DNA of 64,000 nt, from positions 14,634,001 to 14,698,000 of the forward strand of contig NC_087263.1 of NCBI RefSeq assembly GCF_037042905.1, given 5' to 3'. This DNA is from Lytechinus pictus (Eukaryota). Every line of letters begins with the position of its first letter. Position 1 is the stretch's first letter. Below are positions 62,180 to 64,000 of the stretch, piece after piece. The position numbers and the translations under genes were made by a program. The notes beneath the pieces were generated by a model. That model was not told the origin of the DNA. It saw only the letters and a list, made by a program, of their open reading frames with translations, and did not search any database.

Positions 62180-62483
62180 GTGGAATAACAATATTACTCT
62201 CATTAACTGCTTCTCCCGCCTGGCCGTCCGAGTTAACAGCTACCACGCTGAAACTGTAAGTGCTATCATCGTAGAGATGGCCCACCTCGTACACTTCATC
62301 AGCAGCCGGTTCGAAACTGATCTCATAAGCCTCTCTAACAGGGTTTGTCGACTCAATGGTTACATCGTAACGCACTGGGGTGTTGCCGTCCAGTGGCTCT
62401 TGCCATGATGCACTGAATCCCCACTGCTGAATGCCGTCGATGGCAAGGCCCTGTACCTGACCAGGCGTCTGGGCTATAGCAAG
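62180..62483 (-). CDS. exon 1 in window, probable signal-peptide end plus FN3 domain 1
   Basis: TTGCAG acceptor (phase 0) / GTAAGT; LAIAQTPGQVQGL...W...HLYDDSTYSF. Confidence 0.88.
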
Positions 62484-63444
62484 CTGCAAGACATTGATTA
62501 ATATGAAGAAATATTTTGATTTAGTATCATGAATCCTTAAAGGTCAAGTCTACCCTAGAAAAATGTTGATTTGAATCAATAAGCCAGTTCACGGTTAGCT
62601 CATGATCAACTTTTCTCAAATGACCTTTGTGATTTTTCATTAGGATAAGCACTATCATTTTCAAATGTAGATGTTGCGTAAGCTTTACCGGTAGAGTATT
62701 CAAATTCTAAGAACAAAAGGCATTAGTATAGACCAGGTGACCAGAATACTACATCAGGGATAAAGTTTGGAAATCTGTTTTATTGTCTGCCTATGGCACA
62801 TTTGACTATTGCTTTATAGGCTACTGTCAAATACCAGTGATTGTGAAGGCTCTATTTATTACTCTTCAGCTTGGATGTGATAAAATGAATATTTTGAAAG
62901 GAATACATGAATATTCATCAAATCACAAATGCCTATGTCAGTGAATTTGAAAGCCACCTTCATGGTTTATCTCAAATGGCCTTTTTCTGCTCGTGCGCAG
63001 TTTACAACCGTGAACAGGCTTATATGTTTTGATAGCCCATGGCCTGGTGCTGATTCCTGCAAATCTATGAAATTATCACAAAATGAGACTAGAGCAACAT
63101 CATGTTCACATGTGTAAACCAGAACTGACTAGTCTTTATCAAGTCGCAATCATTCATGCTCGCTTGGTATAGCTGATCCAATTTGCACATACGTACACAA
63201 TGAATATTCACACAGATTCATAGACAATACACAAATATCAAACAAGCAAAACGCTGAAAATTTCTTCAAAATAATTAAAGTTGTCCTAATTTCTCACAAA
63301 ACGTTATACTAATAAAACATAGGATTCACATAGTCTTTTCCATTTTCATTAAATGCTAAGAGAGCAAAACATAAAAGTATATAGAGAACTTAGAGTCTAA
63401 GTATAAGAAAAGGTACATTATAAATGAGGAATTGTCTGTCTTCA

Positions 63445-63575
63445 AACCTAGTACCTGCTGGTGAACAAATGCAATTTTAGGTTACCCTTAAATGATGTTG
63501 CAGAGCTCTTCAGCTCCTGTAGTTGTGAATTCCACAGGGCTGCTCTAGCATGAGCAAAGGATCGATCGCACCAGG
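63445..63575 (-). mobile_element. L2/CR1-group ORF2 C-terminal remnant
   Basis: DRSFAHARAALWNS...SFKGNLKLHLF. Confidence 0.65.
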
Positions 63576-64000
63576 ATTTTTTAGATAGTGGAATATGTAA
63601 GAGACTTGTTTGGGATGATCACACAACTCAATGATATGCAAATGAGAGAGTCAATGATGTCACTCACTCACAAGTTCTAATATTTTATTGTTTGAATTTA
63701 AGAAATATTTTCATTTTTACAGATTTGTTAATTATTGCCAACTTGCCTGAACCAAAATATGTAAATACAATGGTAAATCCACATATTCAGGGAAGAACAA
63801 AGTTTTATTCACATGACAATGAAAAGTAAAATATTTCATATTTCTTATAATGAAACACAAAAATAGATAGTGAGTGGGTGATGCCATCAGTCAATTATAT
63901 AACTGTGAATTGTGAAATTAAATGAAACTTATACAAATGTAAAAAAAAATTATTTTACATACGATTTTGATGAAATTGTCAGTTTTATGCTTGTTGGATT

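Larger units (their letters stand above)
1..62483 (-). other. Partial multi-exon gene: giant extracellular protein with at least 42 tandem FN3 domains (R3 receptor-PTP-like or tenascin/fibronectin-like)
   Basis: 46 exons with AG/GT boundaries join in one open frame of about 3,800 codons. Domains show the FN3 pattern (P..P..L, W in strand B, Y in strand C, L.PG..Y.V in E-F). Gene continues beyond base 1, and the start codon was not found in the window. Confidence 0.93.

Noticed and set aside
5449..62408. Plus-strand ORFs overlapping FN3 exons (e.g. 7599, 12984, 27375, 29929, 43472, 62109)
   Set aside because: Antisense shadows of GC-richer coding exons with no recognisable protein features.
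1..62483. Assigning a gene symbol (PTPRB/PTPRQ, TNX, FN1, USH2A)
   Set aside because: The diagnostic C-terminal or N-terminal domains are not in the window, and FN3 repeats alone do not identify orthology.
63445..63575. Possible signal-peptide exon upstream of exon 1
   Set aside because: Translates as a LINE ORF2 C-terminus, not a hydrophobic leader.

Overview
Eukaryotic genomic DNA with spliceosomal introns and AT-rich, repeat-filled intronic sequence. The repeat content resembles an invertebrate deuterostome such as a sea urchin; this is inference. The whole window lies inside one minus-strand gene. Reading splice sites by hand gives 46 GT-AG-flanked exons (about 11.4 kb, about 3,800 codons, one continuous frame) encoding 42 tandem fibronectin type III (FN3) domains. 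Most domains are one symmetric phase 1-1 exon. The domains alternate between two types, and two carry RGD in the F-G loop. The first exon starts with a signal-peptide-like LAIA|Q and the gene runs off the left edge, so the C-terminus (transmembrane/phosphatase versus secreted) is not visible. Candidates are an R3-type receptor tyrosine phosphatase-like or a tenascin/fibronectin-like extracellular protein. Introns hold Harbinger-, Kolobok-, piggyBac- and Tc1/mariner-type MITEs, Helentron-type elements, tRNA-SINEs, L2/CR1 fragments, Penelope-like fragments with decayed minimal hammerhead ribozymes, and a satellite. The most unusual points are tandem duplications spanning splice junctions (one gives in-frame alternative donors), a 27-nt microexon in the slot of a missing domain, and the RGD loops. 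No prokaryotic-type system or CRISPR array is present.
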